Source of the DNA: Reclinomonas americana ATCC 50394 | Lineage: Eukaryota | Assembly: GCA_048213135.1 (NCBI GenBank) | Contig: PS015114.1 | Coordinates: 1 to 64,000, forward strand | Direction: 5' to 3' | DNA: 64,000 bases | Shown here: positions 25,564 through 39,307 of the stretch, piece by piece | How positions within the stretch are numbered: position 1 is the first letter of the stretch | Layout of the letters: every line of letters starts with the position of its first letter | Notes under the pieces: generated by a model | The model's input: the letters and a program-made list of their open reading frames with translations, nothing else | Told to the model about the DNA's origin: nothing | Database searches by the model: none | Made by a program: the position numbers and the translations under genes

Positions 25564-28500
25564 ATGGGTCAAGTACACTCTGACGAGGACCTGGCCATGG
25601 GCGCCTCCATGCCACCCATCTCCTCGGCACTCGCTTTCGCCTCCATGTCGGCGACATCCACCGTGGAATCGATGTGGGCAGAAGGTGAGTTGTCTCTCTC
25701 CTGCTCTCTCTCTCTCTTCCCCTCCCTCTCTCTTACACACGTGCACACAGAGAGCATCATGGATGAGTGGCGACGATGTGTGTGCGACGAGTTCTGGCAA
25801 CCTCTGAAAGCCGCGCAGGTGTGTGTGTGTGCGAGTGAGAGAGCATCGTGTTCAAGTGCATTGCTGATTGTGTGTGAGCAGCACCAGTCTGTGACTGAGC
25901 AGTGTGCGACACTGGCATCGCTCACTCACGCACTGCACGATCGCTTCTCTCGACTATCGATGGATCTGGGCGGGCTGGAGACTCATTACACGCAGCAAGG
26001 GTGTGTGTGTGTGGAGTCACAACTGCTTTCCCGCCCCGCGCACTCATGCTCTCCCAACACACGCAGTGCGGTGCGAGAGCTGCAGTTGCACTTGGAGTGC
26101 AGTGCACCGTCGTGGACCGCACGTGCTCTGCGGGCGGTTCTCGCGCGCAGTCTGTTGTGGTATCGAGTGACTTGTCAGCGATCGCAGTCGTCAGCCAGTG
26201 ATGGTGATGTTGACGACGACGATGACGCTGATGCGACCAACATGTATGTGGTGAGCGATGAGGAGCTGGAGGAGGCCGGTGTCGATGCCGACAATGTGGA
26301 CGAGGAGTCACAGGTGCGTCAGTGTGAAGCCGCCGCTCTGCATACAGTGGTGGTGACGGCCGTGTTGTCGTTCTTGTGAGCAGGCGCAGCTGCGTGACGC
26401 CTTTGTGCAGCTGCGTGAAATGGGACTGGCGTTGGTCATGCAGGATCTGGGCATGTCACTGGTCCTCGAGTGCGTCACCAAGGTCGTCGAGGAACGCTGC
26501 CGCGATGCGTTTGGTGTACCGTTGCTTGCCCGTGCACAGGAGTGGGCGAGGGCCGTCCCGCTGGCCTGGATGCAGATGCGGCCGCACGCGAAGCACGGTC
26601 TCATGGACAGCAGCATGGCGTCGGGAGTGGCAGGCGCCTTGTTGCGTTCTCATGATGATGCAGTTCACGCTCTTCCCTCGTGTATCTCACTCGGCATCAG
26701 CTCCCCACCGAGCACGATTCGAAGCGACGATCTCTTTGGCGTGTCGGCTCTGCAACGGTGGTCCGAGTGCGTGACGGCGCACACGTTTGAGTGTTTTGCG
26801 AAACTGCGGTGCGTTTGTTTGGCTCTGCCGTCGCTTCACCGTCGTCGTCTCACACTGCGCACACAGCATGAGCGAGCTGTTTGAGATCATTGTCGAGTTT
26901 CCAGAAAGCAAGCCGGCTGTGCTGGATCTGAAAGAGAGCCTGGTACACACGGGCAGGCATTTCCAGCTGCCATCCATGGCCATGGAAATGTTGCGCGAGC
27001 GTCGCTCTGTTTGAAGATACAGCTTCACGCGATTGACTCTTTGTGCAACACACGTAGATTCAAGAAGCGCCTGCTTCACCCGGGCGCACCCACGGCACTC
27101 ATTCTCGATCAGTTCATCTCCACCATCAAGGTGCTGAGATTACTCGACCCCACGGGCGTCACACTGTCCGTAGTCAACGAGCCCTTCCATTCGTACCTGC
27201 GGTTCGTACAACAAAGTTGATCTTTCTCTCCCCCTTTCCCCCAATGCTCACTTTGATCCGCAGCGGGCGCAAGGACACTGTGCGCTGCATTGTGTCGGCG
27301 CTGGTGGAGGACCCGCAGAGCGAACTGTATGCCGAGTTGTCTCGCAGTGTCAACTCACGCTCGCTGACGTCGCTGCTGAGCTTGGGACCAAGTGAGCCGA
27401 CATCGAGTGGGGGCGATTCGCTGGCTTCGGCGCCCGACTATGACTACGATTTCAGCAAGGACGTGTACTGGCGAGCGCAGCCGGTGCAACCGGATCCAAG
27501 CATGGATGCACCGAAGCACGAGGAGACGGACATTATCGGTTCGCTGGTGGCCATGTACGGCAACAAGGATCTGTTTGTGGCCGAGTATCGCTCCATCCTC
27601 GCCGATCACCTGCTGAAGGCGCAAGACTTTCAGACGGATCGCGATGTTGCGTGGTGCCTGACTAGCAGGGAGAAAAGAGTGTCTTTCAAGAGAGTCACTC
27701 TTTTGTGTTTCATACCCGCAGCGCCGTGTGCTGGAGCTGCTCAAGATCCGTTTCGGCGAGGCGGCACTGCAGCAGTGCGAAGTGATGTTGAAGGATATTG
27801 CAGACTCCAAGCGCATCTACACCAACTACGTGTCAAAAGTGCGCGCCGAGCAACAGGCATCGCCCGTGGAGGGTGGTGCAGAAGAGCACGTTGGGTGCAC
27901 GATTCTGTCGCGGTTGTTTTGGCCGACTCTGCCCGCCGAGGAGACATTCAAGGCGCATCCGGGCATTGCGCAGTTGCGTCCACCGATCGCTTTACTGTGT
28001 GTCTTCCAGAACGACTCACTGCTGTTGGGCAGCTTGATGACTCGCTACGGCAAGCACTACAACTCGCTCAAGGCACCGCGACAGCTGGTGTGGTGTCTAC
28101 AGCTGGGCCGCATCGATCTGGAGCTGCCGTTTGACGACACGACGCTGTCGGTGACGGTGCCGCCACTGCACGCCACCACCGTTCTCCACTTCTTCGATCA
28201 ACCCGTGTGGGAGATTGGTGATCTTGCGCGCGCGATGGAGTGCCAGCCGGCTGTGGTGCAAAAGAGCGTGGCCTACTGGTCGAGTCGCGGCCTGTTGCTG
28301 TCCCTCGCTGGCGACGGCGCACGCTTCGAGCTGGTCAAGTCGCTCGGCGATCGCTCCTCTGCCGCGCAGGCCGACGCCGGCGCCAATGCACAGGCGGAGG
28401 AGTCGTCGGTGGCGGCCGCCATTGACGCCGAGCGTGCGCAGCAGTCCAAGGTGTACGAGTCATTCATCATTGGTACGTGCTGGGGAGAGAGGCTCGCAAG

Positions 28501-28743
28501 TGTGCCGAGTCTACATAATTCTGATCGTGCTCGCTCTCTCTCTCTGTGATGCTAGGCATGCTGACCAACTTCCAGCACCTGTCGGCGGCCAAGATGCACA
28601 ACATGCTCAAAATGTTTGTCGTGGACCCGCCGTTCGATCTGTCGCTGCAGGAGCTGTGCACGTTCCTCAACAAGCTGGCGGCCGACGACAAGCTCGATGT
28701 CGACAATGGCATGTACTCGCTGCACGTGAAGCCACCAGGGTGA
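25564..28743 (+). CDS. ANAPC2: Anaphase-promoting complex subunit 2 (cullin-like)
   Basis: LFEIIVEFPESKPAVLDLK, KRLLHPGAPT, YGNKDLFVAEYRSILADHLL, ELLKIRFGE..CEVMLKDIADSKRI, and a winged-helix GMLTN..MHNMLKMF. Confidence 0.93.
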
Positions 28744-28807
28744 CACAGTGTAGATCACGTTGAAGCACGCCGCATCTCTGTTCTGTGCATGTTCCTTGTT
28801 TACCAAA

Positions 28808-30285
28808 TCACCACCACGGCAAGCGCGACAACCAGAGTTTGTAGCGCTCGTAGAACGCAAACGTGAGCGAGGCACTGGGTACGACGACCATGAGCCTGGC
28901 GGCCAGACCTGTGACACACTCCGAGTCAGCGCGATGTCAACAAAAGGGGTGGTGCACAGAAGACAAACAGTACCCTTGGTGAAGCCACCGGAGCCCGACT
29001 CTCTGTACAGTGTCTGCGCCTCCTCCCATATTCTTGGTGGCGGAATGGCCGGGTGCGTTTGAATGCGCGTCTTCAACACATCCACCGGCATTGTGACCGA
29101 CGTGGACACCAAGCCGGCAACTGCACCGCTCACCAAGTGATGCAACGTCTTGCGCGCCTCGCCGCGCTCATCCGTGTTCTCCACCGTGAACAGCGCCTGG
29201 AAGAGATGCTTCATGCCTTCGTAGATCTGGGAGGCGCGAGGTGAGCAAGGGGAGATGCACGGGGTGGTGGGAAAGGGGGATCGTAGTCAACTGTGAAATA
29301 GAGACCGGCAAATGGCACATCGCGCATCAGTGCAATGGGGAAGCCTTTCCACAGACCCCACACGCCATTCGTCGAGATCACTCGATCCAGCGCCGAGCGC
29401 AAGCTGAGCTTCTTGCGCGTGCCTTGTGCATAGATTTGCATCTGCTGCTTCACAATGTCGAATGGTGTTCTGCACGCCGTGCCCAGCACTGCGTTTGCCT
29501 CACCACATGAGCAGAAGGTGTGGTGATGCGCGCAGGCAATGCCACCTACAAACCATTGGCAAAGGCACCGGCGGCAAAGGTGAGAACGGGCTTGGAGGAG
29601 AACACAGTGGCCATCTTCTCCATGCCACTGTGATGGTGCGTCGGCGGTGGCGGATCACTCGGCTTGTTGCGGTTCGAATAGGCTGTGAAGATCAGCTTGG
29701 CCTCCTCGTACATGAAGAAGCTGACGGCGGCCGCCGGTGCCACATACAACAGTCGCAGAGAGAGACCCTATCACAGCGCGAAACCATCAGCAGACTCGAG
29801 AGAAAGAGAGTGATGCAGCGCACGCAACTCTGTAAAACGCTCTCAATCCCTCCTCCCGATAGATACGAACGACCGCATCAGTGAAGTTCCTGTACGGAAG
29901 CCGTGCGCCTGTGTGTACACACACATGATTGTGAGAATGAGAGTGTGTAAGTGCGTGGTGAAGGTGGAGACTGACCGGGGACAGCAGCGGCTTTCCCGTC
30001 CTTTTGATGCTGCAGTCGTGTCTTGACCAAATCAAACGGGTACAGCAGCAAGGCAGCTGAGCAGCGTGCAGCAGCACCCGCAAACAAAAACTACACATGA
30101 GCGCAGAGAGTGAGCATACACACAGACAGAGACTGAGTGAGTGAGAAAGAGAGATGCGAAACTTTGCCTGGAGATAAGGAGACGGAGTCTGCAGCATGGT
30201 TGAGCAGTGAGTGATAACGTGTGAGAGAAAGAGATAGAGAGGGGGAGAAGGCGACTGAACGTAATGCGTTGCTGTCGTTCTGCAT
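28808..30285 (-). CDS. Mitochondrial carrier (SLC25, SAM-carrier-like)
   Basis: Three Px[DE]xxKxxxQ motifs: PFDLVKTRLQ, PFDIVKQQMQ, PVDVLKTRIQ. Also RDVPFAGLYF. Confidence 0.88.
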
Positions 30286-30345
30286 GGCGAGTGACAATCT
30301 AGCGGTACAATGCAGCGTGACTCATTGCATCACTCACATCACACC

Positions 30346-32977
30346 ATGGTCCGCAAGAGTTGCGTCTTCCCTTCTCCCATTCCATGCCTGTGTGCGTGTG
30401 TGTGTGTGCCACTCTGCCTCGTCTCACTCGCTCACTCACTTCTCACAGAGCGACAAAGCAAGCGCATTCCCTCGGCGCGCAAGCACCGCATTGAGAAGAA
30501 CGTGCGTGCGCACGATCGCAAGGCCCGCAAGGAGGCCAAGAACAACCCACATGCACGAAAACGTTGCGTCTCCTGTAAAGTTGGTGGCTGGTGTGTGTGT
30601 TGATGTGAATGTGCACATGGCCACTTACACAAACTTGCACAGGCCTGAAGAAGGACCCGGGTATTCCCAATCTGTGGCCCTACAAGGAGCAGATGCTGCG
30701 TCAGATGGCCGAGCAGAAGGACCAACTGGAACGCGATCGCGAGCGCGAGCGTGCCCGACAGCAGAAGAACTCCAAGGTCACTCACTCTCTCTCTCTGTCG
30801 CAACGTGGCTTTGTCATCGACCTCACCGCGGCATTTTGTTTGGGGGATGTGCAGATTGCCCAGGCAGCCAAATTGCAATTGGATGCACAGCAGCGGAGCA
30901 AGGATTTCGAGTCGCGACAACGTCTGGAGCGCAACATGTCGCACGCGGCCTCGTCCAACGCCGCCTCGGCACACGAGCTGGTGTCGGGCTCGGCGGCCTC
31001 ACGACGCGCGTACTTCCGCGAGTTGAAGCGTGTGATTGAGGCGTCGGACGTGATCATTGAGGTGCTGGACGCGCGCGATCCAATTGGTTGCCGGTGTCCG
31101 GATCTGGAGGTACTTGTCTCCCCCTTGGTGGTGGAGGAGGAGGAGGAGGACACAGCAACTTTTCTCCTTCTCCGACTTCTTCCTCTTCCTCTTCTTCTTG
31201 TTCTTCTTCTTCTTCTTCTTCTTCTTCTTCTTCTTCTTCTTCTTCTTCTTCTTCTTGTTCTTGTTCTTNNNNNNNNNNNNNNNNNNNNCTTCTTGTTCTT
31301 CTTCTTCTTCTTCTTCTTCTTCTTCTTCTTCTTCTTCTTCTTCTTCTTCTTCTTCTTCCTGCATCGCCGTTGATCGCTCACTGCTTTGTTTACGTGTTGT
31401 GTCACATAGGCGGCGATTCTGGCCAAGGAGTCGTCGAAGCAGATTGTGTTGCTGTTGAACAAGGTCGATATGGTGCCGCGCGAGGTCGTGCAATGCTGGC
31501 TCGAGTACCTGAAGCAGGATTTCCCGACGCTGGCCTTCAAGGCCAACACGCAGTCGCAGCGTACGCATTTGTCGCGCGCGACTGGCAAGTCGGCCACCGA
31601 CGCCGAGGCAGATCATTTGGCCTCGAGCCAGTGCCTCGGAGCCGACGCACTGATGGCGTTGCTGAAGGTGTGTGTGTGAGAGAGAGAGTGGAGTGGGAAG
31701 CAGTTCGCTTGCCCCGTGCTCACCACCTGTGCAGAAATACTCGAGCACTGAGACGGGTCACAGGAGAAAGATCACCATTGGCGTGATTGGCTACCCCAAT
31801 GTCGGCAAGAGCAGTGTGATCAACTCGCTGAAGCGCAGCCGTGTGGCATCGGTTGGCAACCAGCCGGGTGTGACCAAGGCCGCGCAGGACGTGCAGCTCG
31901 ACTCGCACATTATGCTGATGGATTGCCCCGGTATCGTGTTCTCGTCGGGTGACCAGGATGCCGATGTGGTGCTGCGCAACTGCGTGCGCATCGACACGCT
32001 GGAGGATACGGTGGGTCCGGTGCAGGCACTGTTGCGACGATGCAACTGGGGACGCTTGACGGCGCTGTACGAGATCCCCGCGTTTAGTGAGGCCGAGGAG
32101 TTCCTCGCCGCGGTGGCCAGGAAGCGTGGCAAGTTAAAGAAGGTGTGTGAAAAAAGGAGAGGGAGAGTGTACAACGAGATTACTCACGTGTCGTGCTGCT
32201 GTTGTGTAGGGCGGTGTGCCGGACGTGCAAGCCGGTGGACGCTTGGTGCTGCAGGATTGGAACTCGGGCAAGATTCCGTTCTTCACGCTGCCGCCCAACT
32301 TGTCGTCTGCTGCGTCGTCCACGGCATCGGCCTCGGCCAATGTCGCCCTCACGGACGAGGCGGCTGCGGCGGCGGCCATGTCGAGACACGCCGAAGACGG
32401 CAGCGCATCGTCGGCCGCCATTGTGTCGGACCTCGCACCCGAGTTCGACATTGATGCACTGACGCGCAACGTGCTCGCCTCGCTGCCGTCACTGTCGGCT
32501 CTCGCCGCCAGCCAGTACGTCACACTGGAGAGTGGCCCGGCCGGCACGCTGGATCACGCGCAGCTGGAGGACGCGCCCATGATTTCACCCGGCACCAAGC
32601 GCCGCGCCGAGGACGCGGAGTTGGCCGACGGATCCGAGCTGGAGGAGGAGGCATTCAATGACTCGCTGGAACTCGGACTCGTCGAGGGTGATGACTCTGA
32701 CGACGACGATGATGATGAGGATGATGACGATGATGACGACGAGGATGACGATGACGAGGAGGACGGTGAGGGAGAGGAGGATGAGGAGGACGTGGAGATG
32801 ACGGTGAGCGCAGCTGCGCCCCCGCCGCCACCACCACCACCAACACGGTACTCGGCAAGGAGAAACGGCAAGCAAGCCGCGCCCCCCACCCCGAAGACCG
32901 CCGCCGCCACTCCAGTTCGACAAACGCGCAGTCGCAGCCGCGCTGCTGTGGAGGCCATGGACGATGCCGATGATTAG
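30346..32977 (+). CDS. GNL3: Nucleolar GTPase GNL3/nucleostemin/Nug1
   Basis: [62 protein letters not shown] and an acidic tail. Confidence 0.92.
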
Positions 32978-33104
32978 AAGAACGAGACGGAGAAGGTGGG
33001 CCAAGAATGATGGTGATAAATGGCAGTCAATAATGCGTCGTAAGCGAGGGGGGAAAGGTGGAGGTGGTGGCCATCGATAGAGCCAACAAACAAGCAACAG
33101 CTGT

Positions 33105-33405
33105 CTTGATGACCAACTTCAACAGTATCCAAAACATCAACACAGACACCAATCTTGTTCACCACGCTTGCTTCAATCAAAGTGAGTGATGGTGGTCCGC
33201 GATTGTATATGCTGCTCAACCATGCTGTGCATCCTCCAGCTTGCAGTTCTCGACTCCTCAAAAGTCTCCAGCCGCGGTGTTTGTTTGCTGCAATTAGTGA
33301 ATGGTTCAATTGCCGCGATGCTCCGCTTCCGGTGCTCACTCAAGACGGTGATAATCATGCAGCCGTACAACTGTTTGGATCACGAAAGCTGTGTTGCTGT
33401 TGACA
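33105..33405. mobile_element. Degenerate copy of the MITE-like element at 44829-45080
   Basis: 33331 ggtgctcactcaagacggtgataatcatgcagc..ctgtttggat matches the reverse complement of 44830-44899. The left arm is only weakly recognisable. Confidence 0.5.
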
Positions 33406-33839
33406 ACAAAACAGTGACGCTTCTGTAAACCATCAAGTCTACGGCGCCCGCGAAAGCCGCTTCTCTCGGGCTCCCTCCCCAACACAAACCTGCGCACGTG
33501 CGTGAGAGAACACACTCTCTCCACCCCGCTCTCCACTCCACCGCTCTCCCCCACCACACGCACACACGTGTGCATGTCTTTGCCGCGTCCACCCAGTGGT
33601 CTCCTCTCTCCGTACGCCGACCAAGCGCCCGTCTCGCCCTTTGCCACCGACCCCTTTGTCGTCGCCGTCGGCGCTCCCGCAACAGCCTCCGCCGCCGCCT
33701 CCTCCGGAATCGCTCTCCCGCGCTCACTTGCTCGAACCGCCGCGGTTGTCCCTCGGTAAAAGTCACACATAACACTTTGATCAGACACACACACACTGCT
33801 CACACTCTCTCTTACTAACACACGCGCGCACACAGTGCA

Positions 33840-36800
33840 ATGTCGTCTGCTGCTGGTTCCTCGTCTCCGTGCCTCAAGGGCCGTGGTGCGTCTTGTCTAT
33901 GTGTGCAAAAGCGTGTGAAAGTGTGTGCGAAAGTGTGTGCGAAAGTGTGTGAAAGTGTGTGCAAAAGTGTGTGTGTGCGTGTGTGTTTAGTGTGTGTGCG
34001 TTTGAGCTCATTTTGTGAGCAGAGTCGCGCTCTTCGGAGTCACTCGCGCCCGGCGAGTTTCACACTATTGTCGTGTTTGGTGCCTCGGGCGATGTTATGT
34101 CGATGATTCCCTCCCTCGTGTTGTTGTTGCTGTTGTGCGTGACGAGGTATTAGTTGCTGATAATGTCGTGGATTTAGTTGGCCAAGCGCAAGATTTATCC
34201 GGCGCTTTTCCTGCTGTTCCGTGAAAAGTTCCTGGCTACGCAGTTCTCTGTGGTCGGCTATGCGCGTACAGGTGCTTGCTTGGCGCGAGGGCTTGCGTGT
34301 TTGTGTGTTTGTGTGGGGCTGACATGGTCGCACGCGCGCAGGCATGTCCAACGACGAGTTCCGCGAGATGATGCGCACCAAGATCCCGGCGAACACCGAT
34401 GAGGAGAAGGCCGCGCTCGGACGCTTCCTGGAGCACTGCACGTACTTTGCGGGCCAGTACGACAAGGTCAGCTGATGAGATGATGATTGGTGTTCGGTAT
34501 TGCACTAACTGCGGAATAATTGTCTGTTTGTTTGTTTTGTTGGGAGTGCAGTCGGAGGACTTTGAGTCGCTGGCGCAGTTCCTGTCGGATCAGGAGGAGG
34601 GAGCGGCGCCGGCCAACCGCGTGTTCTACCTCAGCTTGCCGCCCAATGTGTTTGAGATTGTGTCGACGGTGCGGTACTGGTGGCACAGAGCGACCAATTC
34701 GCAGCATGTTGATTTCTTTGTTTGTTGGCGTGTGTGTGTGTGTGTGTGTGCAGCTGACTGGCGCCATTCTGCGCTCGCCCACTGGCTGGAACCGCATTGT
34801 GGTGGAGAAGCCGCTCGGTCGCGACACGGACAGCAGCCGCGAGCTGGCGCGCTGCCTGTCGGCCAGCTTCCATGAGTCGGAGATTTACCGGTGAGAAGGG
34901 GAGGGGCAAGGAAAGGGAAAGGGGGAGGGAGATGGGGAGGGAAAGGGGGAGGGAGATGGGGAGGGAANNNNNNNNNNNNNNNNNNNNNNNNNNNNNNNNN
35001 NNNNNNNNNNNNNNNNNNNNNNNNNNNNNNNNNNNNNNNNNNNNNNNNNNNNNNNNNNNNNNNNNNNNNNNNNNNNNNNNNNNNNNNNNNNNNNNNNNNN
35101 NNNNNNNNNNNNNNNNNNNNNNNNNNNNNNNNNNNNNNNNNNNNNNNNNNNNNNNNNNNNNNNNNNNNNNNNNNNNNNNNNNNNNNNNNNNNNNNNNNNN
35201 NNNNNNNNNNNNNNNNNNNNNNNNNNNNAGGGGAGGGGAAGGGAGGGCAAACGTGAGGGAGACAGAAGGGGGCGATGAAGAGAGAGAGTGAGACTGAGGG
35301 GATTGGAAGGCAGGACATGCGCGTGACTGTCGCGCGTGACAAGCAAGACAGTGTACCAGACGCATGTCAATGCGAGAGAGAACGAGAGATCGAGAGACAA
35401 GTGCATCACTTCGCTCATGACCAATATGACAATGCACTTTACGCGTTTGGTTGTCTGCGCGCGCGCGAGAGAGAGAGAGAGGAATCGAAGCCGGGCTTGT
35501 GCATCACATTTGCGAGGCGTTATGCGAGACGCGTGTGTTTGCCAAGCAAGAGAGTGATCGAAAGACAGATGGAATGGGAGAGAGGCGTGTCGTTTGCATG
35601 ACGGTCACGCGTGACCAACGTGACGACGCCAGTGTTTGTCAGCAGAAGAAAGAGGGGAGAAATCGAAAGACAGGCAGCAAAGCAGGATGACTATCGCGCG
35701 TGACCAACGAGTCGGTGTACGTTGCACGAGACAAATGGAGAGAGAAAGAGATATAAGTGTTGGGCAGGCCGTGTGTATCGCAGAGACAGACAGAATCTGT
35801 CGCACCTGTCCTCACACCACCTGTACACACAGCATGGATCACTACCTGGGCAAGGAAGTCGTGCAGAACCTGCTGGTTCTCCGCTTCGGCAACCTGATCT
35901 TTGATCCGCTGTGGAACCGCGGCTTCATCCGCTGCGTGCAAATCATCCTCAAGGAGGACATTGGCGTGGAGGGCCGTGGCGGCTACTTTGACGCCTACGG
36001 CATCATTCGCGATGTCATGGTACGTCCTGCCATTTGCTGTGCTCTTGGATATTGCTCTCACTCAGTGTGATCATGCAGCAAAACCACTTGATGCAAGTGC
36101 TGTGCCTGATTGCCATGGAGCCGCCGGTCAGCATCGATGCCGACGAAGTGCGCAACGAGAAGCTGAAGGTGCTGCGCTGCATCTCGCCCGTCACCAAGGC
36201 CGACATGATTGTCGGACAGTACAAGAAGAAGACGATTGGTGAGAGTGCACTCCGCCTCCTTCATGCTCATTCCTCTGTCCTTTTCGTTGACTGGCTGTTG
36301 CGCCTGCAGCTGGCGTCGAGAACCCGGGCTACCGCGACGATCCGACCACGTCACCAGAGTCGAACACGCCGACCTTTGCCGCCTGCGTGCTGCACATCAA
36401 GAACCGTCGCTGGTTGGTGACTGTCTGAGGAATCGCCTTTCAGTTTCTTGTTTCTTTGCTCTTCTCGCCTTTCCTCCACTCTGTGTTGCTTCTTCCTTCC
36501 CCTTCCGCCCCCTGCCTGGTTTCTCCCTTTCACCTTCTGCTCTCTCTTTTTTTTCCTTTGCTCTTCTCGCCTTTTCTCTTCCCTTTTCCCTCTTCCCTCT
36601 TCGCTTTCCTTCTCCTTGTGTAAGAGAATCTCACCACTGGCTGCAGGGATGGCGTGCCGTTCCTGCTCAAGTGCGGCAAGGCTCTCGACGAGAAGCTGTT
36701 CGAGATCCACGTGCAGTTCAGCCCGGTCCCCGGTGGACTGTTTGCCGGCCACGAGACGTTTGCCAACGAGCTTGGTGCGTTGCGCTGTCGGAGGGAGAGA

Positions 36801-37379
36801 GACATCCTTGTTTGCGTCGCTCATTGTCCCGCTTGCAGTGATTCGTGTGCAACCCGACGAGGCCATCCTCATGAAGACGCTGAGCAAGTCGCCGGGCATC
36901 AACTACAAGCTGAAGGAGACGCAGCTGGACATGAACTACAAGTCGCGCTTCCAGTCGCGCATCCCCGACGCCTACGAGCGCCTGCTGCACGACGTGCTGG
37001 TGTCGAACCAGACCAACTTTATCCGCGAGGATGAGTTGGATGTTGCGTGGCGGGGAGAGAGAGAGAGGGAAGTGCACTCCACACCATGTGTGCTCACACG
37101 TCGTGTGCGCAGGTCGCCTGGGAGCTGTTCACGCCGATCCTGCAACAGATTGAGCACACGCCGATTGTGCCCGAGTTCTATCCGTTCGGTGCGTGCCGTA
37201 GCTGTCTGTGCCTGGGGAGTGGTATCTTACACGCTGTATGCAGGAAGCCGCGGTCCAGTCGAGGCCGAGTACCTGGCTGCCAAGTTGCGTTCACACATTC
37301 TAGAATCCAAACGTCGCCACCCGTCCTCACCTCACGCTGTCGTCACAGGTACGGCTGCAAGTGGGCCGACACTCAGTAA
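33840..37379 (+). CDS. G6PD: Glucose-6-phosphate 1-dehydrogenase
   Basis: [63 protein letters not shown]. Confidence 0.97.
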
Positions 37380-37479
37380 CCGCAAAGAACCAGCGTCCAG
37401 CGAGCGAGAAGAGCGAGAATACGTGACAGTGAAACGATTCGTCCTCTTCTTTGTCCCAAAACACACATTCGTCGGAGAA

Positions 37480-39228
37480 ATGGCATCTGGTGCTGCTCCT
37501 GCTGAGTGGGTGTTGTACTACTGGCCTGGCACGCCTGGTACGCGGACGCACAGTGCTCACAAAGAAGAACGGCCTCTCTGACTGCACACGCAGGTCGCGG
37601 AGAATTTCTCCGACTCATCTTTGAGGAGACCGGAACGCCCTACTCCGACTTCTCCGGCACGGTTTCTGTGAGTGCCTCTGAGACACACAGACAGAGAGAA
37701 AGCATTCTCTGAGTGTCTGTGTGTTGCACAGAAAGCCGACGGATTTCAACTTGTGTTCGAGTTCATGCAACAGCAACGATCGGCGGGAATCGGCTATGCA
37801 CCGCCCTTTGTGGTGTTCAATGGCGAGCTGGTGCTCTCACAGATCCCGGTCTCCACCAAGTACCTCGCCAAGCACCTCGTTGCGTGAGAGAGAAAGAAGA
37901 GAGGAGGATGCGAGATAAGTTCTGATCTTCTTGCGCAGGCTGGTGGTGTCTTGTGGCCGTCGAGTTGCGCGGATTAATGGTGGCTGTTCTGGTGGTGTGT
38001 GAGGTGTCTCTCATTATCACACCTTTGTGGAGGGCAGCGGAGGAGCAGCAGCTGCATGCGGAGATCCTCGTGCAAGGCATTTCGGAGCTGGTCGATGTCG
38101 GCTGCGAGTGCTGGCATCCGCTGCATCCCTTCATGCTTCGTTGACTCCCGTCGTACTTCAGAGTGCAGTGCAACTCTTTGTTTTTGACACGGTGAGCAGG
38201 TCATTTGAGGACAACCGTGGACCGGAGCAGGATCATCGCATCGGCCTCTTCAAGGAGATCTTCATGCCGCGTCGCTGCAATTTCATGGAGGCTGCACTGA
38301 AGCGCGGCAAGGGCGAGTACTATGTCGGCGATCAGATGTCGTATGTGGACCTGGTGGCGTATCACTTGGAGGCAGGTCTCGCGTTCCAGTGTCCCGAGGA
38401 GTGGGAGGCGTTGGATGTTGCGGGAGGGGCGAGGGGGAGAATAAGGGGAAGGGGGGAGAGGAGGAGGGACGAGAAAGGGGAAGGAAAAGGAGCAGGCAAG
38501 AGGATAGGGGAGAGAAGGGAATACAGGCGACGAAAGGACGAAATGGGTAGAGAAGAGGACAACGGGCAGACGGTTAAGAAAACACAGCGAAGACAGAGAG
38601 GAAAAAGCAGAAGAAATGAGATGGGAAGCAGCAGAGAAACGTGGTGATGAAACGGCCGACAGTGAACATCAGTGGAGAGAGACAGGGAGGCTGAAGAGAG
38701 GAACGGAGAGGGAGGGAAAGGACAACTAAGAAGTGGAGTGCAGGGGAAAGACTGAGCAATGAGAGAATGCAACGAAACGGCAGACAGTTACAAAACGTAC
38801 CGAAGGGAGACAGGGAAGGAGAGGAAGGAAGGACAAGCAAGAGAGTGAAAGGAACAGCGAAGGCTGTTTTTTGTTTCTTGCTCGTGCCTTTCTCTCCCCT
38901 CTCTCCCTTCGCTGTCCACATGCTTCCCTTTCTATCTCTCTCTCTCTGTGACGGAGGAAAGACGAATAGAGAGGAGGGACTGAGCTGAACTGACGAGCAA
39001 GAATAGTGGCAGCGAGAGCAAGATCGAGGATCGGTAAAATCTCACTATTAATCTCTGCAGATCCCCCTGATGAAGGCGCACATGAAGCGCATTGCCGAGC
39101 GACCCAACGTGGCCGCCTTCCTCAGCAGGTACACCCCCTCATCCATCCGCACACCCGTGTGTCACTCACTCTCAGCAATACACAGCTCGCGTCACTTCCC
39201 CTTCGACGGCACCTCGCCCTGCATGTGA
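37480..39228 (+). CDS. Glutathione S-transferase, copy 1
   Basis: LYYWPGTPGRGEFLRLIFEETG, APPF, LSQ, YYVGDQMSYVDL, IAERPNVAAFL. Confidence 0.88.
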
Positions 39229-39307
39229 GAATACGTGAACAGTGAAACAATTCGTCCTCTTCTGTTGAGTTGTCCCAGCACACACATACTGAGTGTTCAT
39301 CGGAGAA

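Noticed and set aside
15117-30330. TGA[CG]TCA (AP-1-like) motif in two divergent spacers
   Set aside because: I did not see it in the other spacers I inspected, and two 7-mers are too few.
31110-31410. Poly-Lys/Arg/Glu/Phe ORFs
   Set aside because: This is a (CTT)n microsatellite in a GNL3 intron.
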